A stretch of DNA of 64,000 bases from NCBI GenBank assembly GCA_964247055.1, contig OZ176051.1, positions 744,001 to 808,000 on the forward strand, given 5' to 3'. This stretch comes from Paragordius varius (Eukaryota; Animalia; Nematomorpha). Below are positions 1 through 12,310 of the stretch, one piece after another. Position numbers and translations under genes: made by a program. Within the stretch, counting starts at the first letter, position 1. Every line of letters begins with the position of its first letter. The notes below the pieces were generated by a model. The model made no database searches. It was given only the letters and a program-made list of their open reading frames with translations, and was not told the origin of the DNA.

Positions 1-177
1 TTTTACAACGATACTTTAAAAATTATGGTATTAAACCAGTCGCATCAATACTCAAGTTAAACTTTGTCCTTAAAAATCGGATATTGGTCACCGGTGAACA
101 AAACTATTTTTTTTACATTCTCTTAGTAAGCTACATCAAAATATAGAGATAATTTGACAAACTCTTTCATATCCGAT

Positions 178-368
178 TTTTACAACGATACTTTAAAAAT
201 TAATGTATAAAACTAGGCGTATCAATAAATCGCATCAATACTCAAGTTAAACTTTCTCCTTAAAAATCGGATATTGGTCACCGATGAACAAAATTATTTT
301 TTATACATTCTCTTAGTAAGACTACATCAAAATATAGAAATAGTTTGACAAACTCTTTCATATCCGAT
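178..368 (+). repeat. Example 191-bp (long) monomer with a 13-bp insertion (tatcaataaatcg, 220-232)
   Basis: ttttacaacg starts at 178 and again at 369; the extra 13 bp lie upstream of catcaatactc. Confidence 0.97.
337..359. other. 23-bp dyad ga(a/g)atagtttg-a-caaactctttc (example; one per monomer)
   Basis: 10 of 11 pairs are complementary around a348 in the gaaatag variant, 9 of 11 in the consensus. Confidence 0.85.
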
Positions 369-452
369 TTTTACAACGATACTTTAAAAATTAATGTATA
401 AAACTAGTCGGATCAATACTCAAGCTAAACTTTGTCCTTAAAAATCGGATAT
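360..452. repeat. 14-bp perfect inverted repeat pair, present in most monomers (example)
   Basis: atatccgattttta (360-373) is the exact reverse complement of taaaaatcggatat (439-452). The spacer is 65 bp in short and 78 bp in long monomers. Confidence 0.95.
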
Positions 453-469
453 TGGTCACCGGTGAACAA
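452..469. other. 18-bp near-perfect palindrome ttggtcaccggtgaacaa (example; one per monomer), containing a CACCGGTG core
   Basis: One mismatched pair in the consensus; the variant ttgttcaccggtgaacaa (e.g. 13685-13702) is a perfect palindrome. Confidence 0.9.
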
Positions 470-546
470 AATTATTTTTTATACATTCTCTTAGTAAGAC
501 TACATCAAAAGATAGAGATAGTTTGACAAACTCTTTCATATCCGAT

Positions 547-724
547 TTTTACAACGATACTTTAAAAATTATGGTATTAAACCAGTCGCATCAATACTCA
601 AGTTAAACTTTGTCCTTAAAAATCGAATATTGGTCACCGGTGAACAAAACTATTTTTTATACATTCTCTTAGTAAGACTACATCAAAATATAGAGATAGT
701 TTGACAAACTCTTTCATATCCGAT
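547..724 (+). repeat. Example 178-bp (short) monomer
   Basis: ttttacaacg starts at 547 and again at 725. Confidence 0.97.
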
Positions 725-1496
725 TTTTACAACGATATTTAAAAATTAATATATAAAACTAGTCGTATCAATAAATCGCATACACACTCAAGTTAAACTT
801 TGTCCTTAAAAATCGGATATTGGTCAACCGGTGAACAAAATTATTTTTTATACATTCTCTTAGTAAGACTACATCAAAATATAGAGATTTTGACAAACTC
901 TTTCATATCCGATTTTTACAATGATACTTTAAAAATAAATGTATAAAACTAGGCGTATCAATAAATCGCATCAATACTCAAGTTAAACTTTGTCCTTAAA
1001 AATCGGATATTGGTCACCGGTGAACAAAATTATTTTTTATACATTCTCTTAGTAGGACTACATCAAAATATAGAGATAGTTTGGCAAACTGTTTCATATC
1101 CGATTTTTACAACGATACTTTAAAAATTAATGTATAAAACTAGTCGCATCAATACTCAAGTTAAACTTTGTCCTTAAAAATCGAATATTGGTCACCGGTG
1201 AACAAAATAATTTTTTATACATTCTCTTAGGAGTACATCAAAATATAGAAATAGTTTGACAAACTCTTTCATATGCGATTTTTACAACGATGCTTTAAAA
1301 ATTAATGTATTAAACTAGTCGCATCAATACTCAAGCTAAACATTGTCCTTAAAAATCGGATATTGGTCACCGGTGAACAAAACTATTTTTTATACATTCT
1401 CTTAGTAAGACTACATCAAAATATAGAGATAGTTTGACAAACTCTTTCATATCCGATTTTTACAACGATACTTTAAAAATTAATGTATAAAACTAG

Positions 1497-1522
1497 TCGT
1501 ATCAATAAATCGCATCAATACT
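1497..1522 (+). repeat. 13-bp internal tandem duplication defining long monomers
   Basis: tcgtatcaataaa (1497-1509) is followed by tcgcatcaatact (1510-1522), 10/13 identical. Confidence 0.9.
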
Positions 1523-2919
1523 CAAGTTAAACTTTCTCCTTAAAAATCGGATATTGGTCACCGGTGAACAAAACTATTTTTTATACATTATCTAGTAAGA
1601 CTACATCAAAATATAGAGATAGTTTGACAAACTCTTTCATATCCGATTTTTACAACGATATTTAAAAATTAATATATAAAACTAGTCGTATCAATAAATC
1701 GCATACACACTCAAGTTAAACTTTGTCCTTAAAAATCGGATATTGGTCAACCGGTGAACAAAATTATTTTTTATACATTCTCTTAGTAGGACTACATCAA
1801 AATATAGAGATAGTTTGGCAAACTCTTTCATATCCGATTTTTACAACGATACTTTAAAAATTAATGTATAAAACTAGTCGCATCAATACTCAAGTTAAAC
1901 TTTGTCCTTAAAAATCGAATATTGGTCACCGGTGAACAAAACTATTTTTTATACATTCTCTTAGTAAGACTACATCAAAATATAGAGATAGTTTGACAAA
2001 CTCTTTCATAACCGATTTTTACAACGATACTTTAAAAATTATGGTATTAAACCAGTCGCATCAATACTCAAGTTAAACTTTGTCCTTAAAAATCGGATAT
2101 TGGTCACCGGTAAACAAAATTATTTTTTATACATTCTCTTAGTAAGACTACATCAAAATATAGAGATAGTTTGACAAACTCTTTCATATCCGATTTTTAC
2201 AACGATACTTTAAAAATTATGGTATTAAACCAGTCGCATCAATACTCAAGTTAAACTTTGTCCTTAAAAATCGGATATTGGTCACCGGTGAACAAAACTA
2301 TTTTTTTTACATTCTCTTAGTAAGCTACATCAAAATATAGAGATAATTTGACAAACTCTTTCATATCCGATTTTTACAACGATACTTTAAAAATTAATGT
2401 ATAAAACTAGGCGTATCAATAAATCGCATCAATACTCAAGTTAAACTTTCTCCTTAAAAATCGGATATTGGTCACCGATGAACAAAATTATTTTTTATAC
2501 ATTCTCTTAGTAAGACTACATCAAAATATAGAAATAGTTTGACAAACTCTTTCATATCCGATTTTTACAACGATACTTTAAAAATTAATGTATAAAACTA
2601 GTCGGATCAATACTCAAGCTAAACTTTGTCCTTAAAAATCGGATATTGGTCACCGGTGAACAAAATTATTTTTTATACATTCTCTTAGTAAGACTACATC
2701 AAAAGATAGAGATAGTTTGACAAACTCTTTCATATCCGATTTTTACAACGATACTTTAAAAATTATGGTATTAAACCAGTCGCATCAATACTCAAGTTAA
2801 ACTTTGTCCTTAAAAATCGAATATTGGTCACCGGTGAACAAAACTATTTTTTATACATTCTCTTAGTAAGACTACATCAAAATATAGAGATAGTTTGACA
2901 AACTCTTTCATATCCGATT

Positions 2920-5400
2920 TTTACAACGATATTTAAAAATTAATATATAAAACTAGTCGTATCAATAAATCGCATACACACTCAAGTTAAACTTTGTCCT
3001 TAAAAATCGGATATTGGTCAACCGGTGAACAAAATTATTTTTTATACATTCTCTTAGTAAGACTACATCAAAATATAGAGATTTTGACAAACTCTTTCAT
3101 ATCCGATTTTTACAATGATACTTTAAAAATAAATGTATAAAACTAGGCGTATCAATAAATCGCATCAATACTCAAGTTAAACTTTGTCCTTAAAAATCGG
3201 ATATTGGTCACCGGTGAACAAAATTATTTTTTATACATTCTCTTAGTAGGACTACATCAAAATATAGAGATAGTTTGGCAAACTGTTTCATATCCGATTT
3301 TTACAACGATACTTTAAAAATTAATGTATAAAACTAGTCGCATCAATACTCAAGTTAAACTTTGTCCTTAAAAATCGAATATTGGTCACCGGTGAACAAA
3401 ATAATTTTTTATACATTCTCTTAGGAGTACATCAAAATATAGAAATAGTTTGACAAACTCTTTCATATGCGATTTTTACAACGATGCTTTAAAAATTAAT
3501 GTATTAAACTAGTCGCATCAATACTCAAGCTAAACATTGTCCTTAAAAATCGGATATTGGTCACCGGTGAACAAAACTATTTTTTATACATTCTCTTAGT
3601 AAGACTACATCAAAATATAGAGATAGTTTGACAAACTCTTTCATATCCGATTTTTACAACGATACTTTAAAAATTAATGTATAAAACTAGTCGTATCAAT
3701 AAATCGCATCAATACTCAAGTTAAACTTTCTCCTTAAAAATCGGATATTGGTCACCGGTGAACAAAACTATTTTTTATACATTATCTAGTAAGACTACAT
3801 CAAAATATAGAGATAGTTTGACAAACTCTTTCATATCCGATTTTTACAACGATATTTAAAAATTAATATATAAAACTAGTCGTATCAATAAATCGCATAC
3901 ACACTCAAGTTAAACTTTGTCCTTAAAAATCGGATATTGGTCAACCGGTGAACAAAATTATTTTTTATACATTCTCTTAGTAGGACTACATCAAAATATA
4001 GAGATAGTTTGGCAAACTCTTTCATATCCGATTTTTACAACGATACTTTAAAAATTAATGTATAAAACTAGTCGCATCAATACTCAAGTTAAACTTTGTC
4101 CTTAAAAATCGAATATTGGTCACCGGTGAACAAAACTATTTTTTATACATTCTCTTAGTAAGACTACATCAAAATATAGAGATAGTTTGACAAACTCTTT
4201 CATATCCGATTTTTACAACGATATTTAAAAATTAATATATAAAACTAGTCGTATCAATAAATCGCATACACACTCAAGTTAAACTTTGTCCTTAAAAATC
4301 GGATATTGGTCAACCGGTGAACAAAATTATTTTTTATACATTCTCTTAGTAAGACTACATCAAAATATAGAGATTTTGACAAACTCTTTCATATCCGATT
4401 TTTACAATGATACTTTAAAAATAAATGTATAAAACTAGGCGTATCAATAAATCGCATCAATACTCAAGTTAAACTTTGTCCTTAAAAATCGGATATTGGT
4501 CACCGGTGAACAAAATTATTTTTTATACATTCTCTTAGTAGGACTACATCAAAATATAGAGATAGTTTGGCAAACTGTTTCATATCCGATTTTTACAACG
4601 ATACTTTAAAAATTAATGTATAAAACTAGTCGCATCAATACTCAAGTTAAACTTTGTCCTTAAAAATCGAATATTGGTCACCGGTGAACAAAATAATTTT
4701 TTATACATTCTCTTAGGAGTACATCAAAATATAGAAATAGTTTGACAAACTCTTTCATATGCGATTTTTACAACGATGCTTTAAAAATTAATGTATTAAA
4801 CTAGTCGCATCAATACTCAAGCTAAACATTGTCCTTAAAAATCGGATATTGGTCACCGGTGAACAAAACTATTTTTTATACATTCTCTTAGTAAGACTAC
4901 ATCAAAATATAGAGATAGTTTGACAAACTCTTTCATATCCGATTTTTACAACGATACTTTAAAAATTAATGTATAAAACTAGTCGTATCAATAAATCGCA
5001 TCAATACTCAAGTTAAACTTTCTCCTTAAAAATCGGATATTGGTCACCGGTGAACAAAACTATTTTTTATACATTATCTAGTAAGACTACATCAAAATAT
5101 AGAGATAGTTTGACAAACTCTTTCATATCCGATTTTTACAACGATATTTAAAAATTAATATATAAAACTAGTCGTATCAATAAATCGCATACACACTCAA
5201 GTTAAACTTTGTCCTTAAAAATCGGATATTGGTCAACCGGTGAACAAAATTATTTTTTATACATTCTCTTAGTAGGACTACATCAAAATATAGAGATAGT
5301 TTGGCAAACTCTTTCATATCCGATTTTTACAACGATACTTTAAAAATTAATGTATAAAACTAGTCGCATCAATACTCAAGTTAAACTTTGTCCTTAAAAA
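2920..5400 (+). repeat. 7-monomer duplication, period 1292 bp, nested on the 12-mer
   Basis: attttgac marker at 3081 and 4373; the variants acaatgata, ttaggagtac, gatgcttt and acattatctag repeat in order. Confidence 0.88.
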
Positions 5401-8068
5401 TCGGATATTGGTCACCGGTGAACAAAATTATTTTTTATACATTCTCTTAGTAAGACTACATCAAAATATAGAAATAGTTTGACAAATTCTTTCATATCCG
5501 ATTTTTACAACGATACTTTAAAAATTAATGTATTAAACTAGTCGCATCAATACTCAAGCTAAACATTGTCCTTAAAAATCGGATATTGGTCACCGGTGAA
5601 CAAAACTATTTTTTATACATTCTCTTAGTAAGACTACATCAAAATATAGAGATAGTTTGACAAACTCTTTCATATCCGATTTTTACAACGATACTTTAAA
5701 AATTAATGTATAAAACTAGTCGTATCAATAAATCGCATCAATACTCAAGTTAAACTTTGTCCTTAAAAATCGGATATTGGTCACCGGTGAACAAAATTAT
5801 TTTTTATACATTCTCTTAGTAAGACTACATCAAAATATAGAAATAGTTTGACAAACTCTTTCATATCCGATTTTTACAACGATACTTTAAAAATTATGGT
5901 ATTAAACCAGTTGCATCAATACTCAAGTTAAACTTTGTTTTAAAAATCGAATATTGGTCACCGGTGAACAAAACTATTTTTTATACATTCTCTTAGTAAG
6001 ACTACATCAAAATATAGAGATAGTTTGACAAACTCTTTCATATCCGATTTTTACAACGATATTTAAAAATTAATATATAAAACTAGTCGTATCAATAAAT
6101 CGCATACACACTCAAGTTAAACTTTGTCCTTAAAAATCGGATATTGGTCAACCGGTGAACAAAATTATTTTTTATACATTCTCTTAGTAAGACTACATCA
6201 AAATATAAAGATAATTTGACAAACTCTTTCATATCCGATTTTTACAACGATACTTTAAAAATAAATGTATAAAACTAGGCGTATCAATAAATCGCATCAA
6301 TACTCAAGTTAAACTTTGTCCTTAAAAATCGGATATTGGTCACCGGTGAACAAAATTATTTTTTATACATTCTCTTAGTAGGACTACATTAAAATATAGA
6401 GATAGTTTGGCAAACTGTTTCATATCCGATTTTTACAACGATACTTTAAAAATTAATGTATAAAACTAGTCGCATCAATACTCAAGCTAAACATTGTCCT
6501 TAAAAATCGGATATTGGTCACCGGTGAACAAAACTATTTTTTATACATTCGCTTAGTAAGACTACATCAAAATATAGAGATAGTTTGACAAACTCTTTCA
6601 TATCCGATTTTTACAACGATATTTAAAAATTAACATATAAAACTAGTCGTATCAATAAATCGCATACACACTCAAGTTAAACTTTGTCCGTAAAAATCGG
6701 ATATTGGTCAACCGGTGAACAAAATTATTTTTTATACATTCTCTTAGTAGGACTACATCAAAATATAGAGATAGTTTGGCAAACTGTTTCATATCCGATT
6801 TTTACAACGATACTTTAAAAATTAATGTATAAAACTAGTCGCATCAATACTCAAGTTAAACTTTGTCCTTAAAAATCGAATATTGGTCACCTGTGAACAA
6901 AATTATTTTTTATACATTCTCTTAGGAGTACATCAAAATATAGAAATAGTTTGACAAACTCTTTCATATGCGATTTTTACAACGATACTTTAAAAATTAA
7001 TGAATAAAACTAGTCGCATCAATACTCAAGCTAAACATTGTCCTTAAAAATCGGATATTGGTCACCGGTGAACAAAACTATTTTTTATACATTCTCTTAG
7101 TAAGACTACATCAAAATATAGAGATAGTTTGACAAACTCTTTCATATCCGATTTTTACAACGATACTTTTAAAATTAATGTATAAAACTAGTCGTATCAA
7201 TAAATCGCATCAATACTCAAGTTAAACTTTCTCCTTAAAAATCGGATATTGGTCACCGGTGAACAAAACTATTTTTTATACATTCTCTTAGTAAGACTAC
7301 ATCAAAATATAGAGATAGTTTGACAAACTCTTTCATATCCGATTTTTACAACGATATTTAAAAATTAACATATAAAACTAGTCGTATCAATAAATCGCAT
7401 ACACACTCAAGTTAAACTTTCTCCTTAAAAATCGGATATTGGTCAACCGGTGAACAAAATTATTTTTTATACATTCTCTTAGTAGGACTACATCAAAATA
7501 TAGAGATAGTTTGGGAAACTCTTTCATATCCGATTTTTACAACGATACTTTAAAAATTAATGTATAAAACTAGTCGCATCAATACTCAAGTTAAACTTTG
7601 TCCTTAAAAATCGGATATTGGTCACCGGTGAACAAAATTATTTTTTATACATTCTCTTAGTAAGACTACATCAAAATATAGAAATAGTTTGACAAATTCT
7701 TTCATATCCGATTTTTACAACGATACTTTAAAAATTAATGTATAAAACTAGTCGCATCAATACTCAAGCTAAACTTTGTCCTTAAAAATCGGATATTGGT
7801 CACTGGTGAACAAAATTATTTTTTATACATTCTCTTAGTAAGACTACATCAAAATATAGAGATAGTTTGACAAACTCTTTCATATCCGATTTTTACAACG
7901 ATACTTTAAAAATTATGGTATTAAACCAGTCGCATCAATACTCAAGTTAAACTTTGTCCTTAAAAATCGGATATTGGTCACCGGTGAACAAAACTATTTT
8001 TTATACATTCTCTTAGTAAGACTACATCAAAATATAGAGATAGTTTGACAAACTCTTTCATATCCGAT

Positions 8069-11000
8069 TTTTACAACGATACTTTAAAAATTATGGTATT
8101 AAACCAGTCGCATCAATACTCAAGTTAAACTTTGTCCTTAAAAATCTAATATTGGTCACCGGTGAACAAAACTATTTTTTATACATTCTCTTAGTAAGAC
8201 TACATCAAAATATAGAGATAGTTTGACAAACTCTTTCATATCCGATTTTTACAACGATACTTTAAAAATTAATGTATAAAACTAGTCGTATCAATAAATC
8301 GCATCAATACTCAAGTTAAACTTTCTCCTTAAAAATCGGATATTGGTCACCGGTGAACAAAACTATTTTTTATACATTCTCTTAGTAAGACTACATCAAA
8401 ATATAGAGATAGTTTGACAAACTCTTTCATATCCGATTTTTACAACGATATTTAAAAATTAACATATAAAACTAGTCGTATCAATAAATCGCATACACAC
8501 TCAAGTTAAACTTTGTCCGTAAAAATCGGATATTGGTCAACCGGTGAACAAAATTATTTTTTATACATTCTCTTAGTAGGACTACATCAAAATATAGAGA
8601 TAGTTTGGCAAACTCATTCATATCCGATACAACGATACTTTAAAAATTAATGTATAAAACTAGTCGCATCAATACTCAAGTTAAACTTTGTCCTTAAAAA
8701 TCGGATATTGGTCACCGGTGAACAAAATTATTTTTTATACATTCTCTTAGTAAGACTACATCAAAATATAGAAATAGTTTGACAAACTCTTTCATATCCG
8801 ATTTTTACAACGATACTTTAAAAATTATGGTATTAAACCAGTCGCATCAATACTCAAGTTAAACTTTGTCCTTAAAAATCTAATATTGGTCACCGGTGAA
8901 CAAAACTATTTTTTATACATTCTCTTAGTAAGACTACATCAAAATATAGAGATAGTTTGACAAACTCTTTCATATCCGATTTTTACAACGATACTTTAAA
9001 AATTAATGTATAAAACTAGTCGTATCAATAAATCGCATCAATACTCAAGTTAAACTTTCTCCTTAAAAATCGGATATTGGTCACCGGTGAACAAAACTAT
9101 TTTTTATACATTCTCTTAGTAAGACTACATCAAAATATAGAGATAGTTTGACAAACTCTTTCATATCCGATTTTTACAACGATATTTAAAAATTAACATA
9201 TAAAACTAGTCGTATCAATAAATCGCATACACACTCAAGTTAAACTTTGTCCGTAAAAATCGGATATTGGTCAACCGGTGAACAAAATTATTTTTTATAC
9301 ATTCTCTTAGTAGGACTACATCAAAATATAGAGATAGTTTGGCAAACTCATTCATATCCGATACAACGATACTTTAAAAATTAATGTATAAAACTAGTCG
9401 CATCAATACTCAAGTTAAACTTTGTCCTTAAAAATCGGATATTGGTCACCGGTGAACAAAATTATTTTTTATACATTCTCTTAGTAAGACTACATCAAAA
9501 TATAGAAATAGTTTGACAAATTCTTTCATATCCGATTTTTACAACGATACTTTAAAAATTAATGTATTAAACTAGTCGCATCAATACTCAAGCTAAACAT
9601 TGTCCTTAAAAATCGGATATTGGTCACCGGTGAACAAAACTATTTTTTATACATTCTCTTAGTAAGACTACATCAAAATATAGAGATAGTTTGACAAACT
9701 CTTTCATATCCGATTTTTACAACGATACTTTAAAAATTAATGTATAAAACTAGTCGTATCAATAAATCGCATCAATACTCAAGTTAAACTTTCTCCTTAA
9801 AAATCGGATATTGGTCACCGGTGAACAAAACTATTTTTTATACATTCTCTTAGTAAGACTACATCAAAATATAGAGATAGTTTGACAAACTCTTTCATAT
9901 CCGATTTTTACAACGATATTTAAAAATTAACATATAAAACTAGTCGTATCAATAAATCGCATACACACTCAAGTTAAACTTTGTCCTTAAAAATCGGATA
10001 TTGGTCAACCGGTGAACAAAATTATTTTTTATACATTCTCTTAGTAGGACTACATCAAAATATAGAGATAGTTTGGCAAACTCTTTCATATCCGATTTTT
10101 ACAACGATACTTTAAAAATTAATGTATAAAACTAGTCGCATCAATACTCAAGTTAAACTTTGTCCTTAAAAATCGGATATTGGTCACCGGTGAACAAATT
10201 TTTTATACATTCTATTAGTTAGACTACATCAAAATATAGAAATAGTTTGACAAATTCTTTCATATCCGATTTTTACAACGATACTTTAAAAATTAATGTA
10301 TTAAACTAGTCGCATCAATACTCAAGCTAAACATTGTCCTTAAAAATCGGATATTGGTCACCGGTGAACAAAACTCTTTTTTATACATTCTCTTAGTAAG
10401 ACTACATCAAAATATAGAGATAGTTTGACAAACTCTTTCATATCCGATTTTTACAACGATACTTTAAAAATTAATGTATAAAACTAGTCGTATCAATAAA
10501 TCGCATCAATACTCAAGTTAAACTTTCTCCTTAAAAATCGGATATTGGTCACCGGTAAACAAAACTATTTTTTATACATTCTCTTAGTAAGACTACATCA
10601 AAATATAGAGATAGTTTGACAAACTCTTTCATATCCGATTTTTACAACGATATTTAAAAATTAATATATAAAACTAGTCGTATCAATAAATCGCATACAC
10701 ACTCAAGTTAAACTTTGACCTTAAAAATCGGATATTGGTCAACCGGTGAACAAAATTATTTTTTATACTATCTCTTAGTAGGACTACATCAAAATATAGA
10801 GATAGTTTGGCAAACTCTTTCATATCCGATTTTTACAACGATACTTTAAAAATTAATGTATAAAACTAGTCGCATCAATACTCAAGTTAAGTCCTTAAAA
10901 ATCGGATATTGGTCATCGGTGAAAAAAATTATTTTTTATACATTCTCTTAGTAAGACTACATCAAAATATAGAAATAGTTTGACAAATTCTTTCATATCC

Positions 11001-12310
11001 GATTTTTACAACGATACTTTAAAAATTAATGTATTAAACTAGTCGCATCAATACTCAAGCTAAACATTGTCCTTAAAAATCGGATATTGGTCACCGGTGA
11101 ACAAAACTATTTTTTATACATTCTCTTAGTAAGACTACATCAAAATATAGAGATAGTTTGACAAACTCTTTCATATCCGATTTTTACAACGATACTTTAA
11201 AAATTAATGTATAAAACTAGTCGTATCAATAAATCGCATCAATACTCCAGTTAAACTTTCTCCTTAAAAATCGGATATTGGTCACCGGTAAACAAAACTA
11301 TTTTTTATACATTCTCTTAGTAAGACTACATCAAAATATAGAGATAGTTTGACAAACTCTTTCATATCCGATTTTTACAACGATATTTAAAAATTAATAT
11401 ATAAAACTAGTCGTATCAATAAATCGCATACACACTCAAGTTAAACTTTGTCCTTAAAAATCGGATATTGGTCAACCGGTGAACAAAATTATTTTTTATA
11501 CATTCTCTTAGTAGGACTACATCAAAATATAGAGATAGTTTGGCAAACTCTTTCATATCCGATTTTTACAACGATACTTTAAAAATTAATGTATAAAACT
11601 AGTCGCATCAATACTCAAGCTAAACTTTGTCCTTAAAAATCGGATATTGGTCACCGGTGAACAAAATTATTTTTTATACATTCTCTTAGTAAGACTACAT
11701 CAAAATATAGAAATAGTTTGACAAACTCTTTCATATCCGATTTTTACAACGATACTTTAAAAAGGAATGTATAAAACTAGGCGTATCAATAAATCGCATC
11801 AATACTCAAGCTAAACATTGTCCTTAAAAATCGGATATTGGTCACCGGTGAACAAAACTATTTTTTATACATTCTCTTAGTAAGACTACATCAAAATATA
11901 GAGATAGTTTGACAAACTCTTTCATATCCGATTTTTACAACGATACTTTAAAAATTAATGTATAAAACTAGTCGTATCAATAAATCGCATCAATACTCAA
12001 GTTAAACTTTTTCCTTAAAAATCGGATATTGGTCACCGGTAAACAAAACTATTTTTTATACATTCTCTTAGTAAGACTACATCAAAATATAGAGATAGTT
12101 TGACAAACTCTTTCATATCCGATTTTTACAACGATATTTAAAAATTAATATATAAAACTAGTCGTATCAATAAATCGCATACACACTCAAGTTAAACTTT
12201 GTCCTTAAAAATCGGATATTGGTCAACCGGTGAACAAAATTATTTTTTATACATTCTCTTAGTAGGACTACATCAAAATATAGAGATAGTTTGGCAAACT
12301 CTTTCATATC
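8069..12310 (+). repeat. 4-monomer HOR domain (short-long-long-short), period 733-738 bp
   Basis: aaaatctaat at 8146 and 8880 and the 4-T deletion ccgatac at 8624 and 9358 (both 734 apart); gctaaacattg at 9592, 10326 and 11059. Confidence 0.85.

Larger units (their letters stand above)
1..4200 (+). repeat. 12-monomer higher-order repeat, period 2194 bp, about two copies
   Basis: Private variant taag-ctacat at 131 and 2325; gag-attttgac at 887 and 3081. The intervening monomer variants occur in the same order. Confidence 0.92.

Noticed and set aside
1-178. Arabidopsis CEN178/CEN180 or primate alpha satellite
   Set aside because: The resemblance is monomer length only; I recognise none of their characteristic sequence, and this monomer is more AT-rich.
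1-178. Phased A-tracts giving intrinsic curvature
   Set aside because: Tract centres near 2, 20, 33, 74, 101, 110 and 140 do not show a convincing ~10.5-bp phase by eye; a curvature calculation would be needed.
172-189. CENP-B box-like motif on the minus strand (ATCGTTGTAAAAATCGGA)
   Set aside because: It shares TCGTTG and CGG with YTTCGTTGGAARCGGGA, but has 10 nt between TCG and CGG instead of 7 and lacks the full TTCG and CGGG cores, so it is not a canonical box.
360-452. Classical cut-and-paste MITE defined by 14-bp terminal inverted repeats
   Set aside because: No target-site duplication flanks the arms, and the asymmetric hairpin plus T-run fits a Helentron-type end better; that idea is kept only as a hypothesis in the findings.
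439-480. CRISPR array (palindromic repeat at regular spacing)
   Set aside because: The sequence between palindromes is conserved rather than made of unique spacers, the period is far too long, and no cas genes are present.
452-480. Rho-independent terminator (hairpin followed by a T-run)
   Set aside because: There is no upstream gene, the T-run is separated from the stem, and it is repeated ~350 times as part of a satellite.
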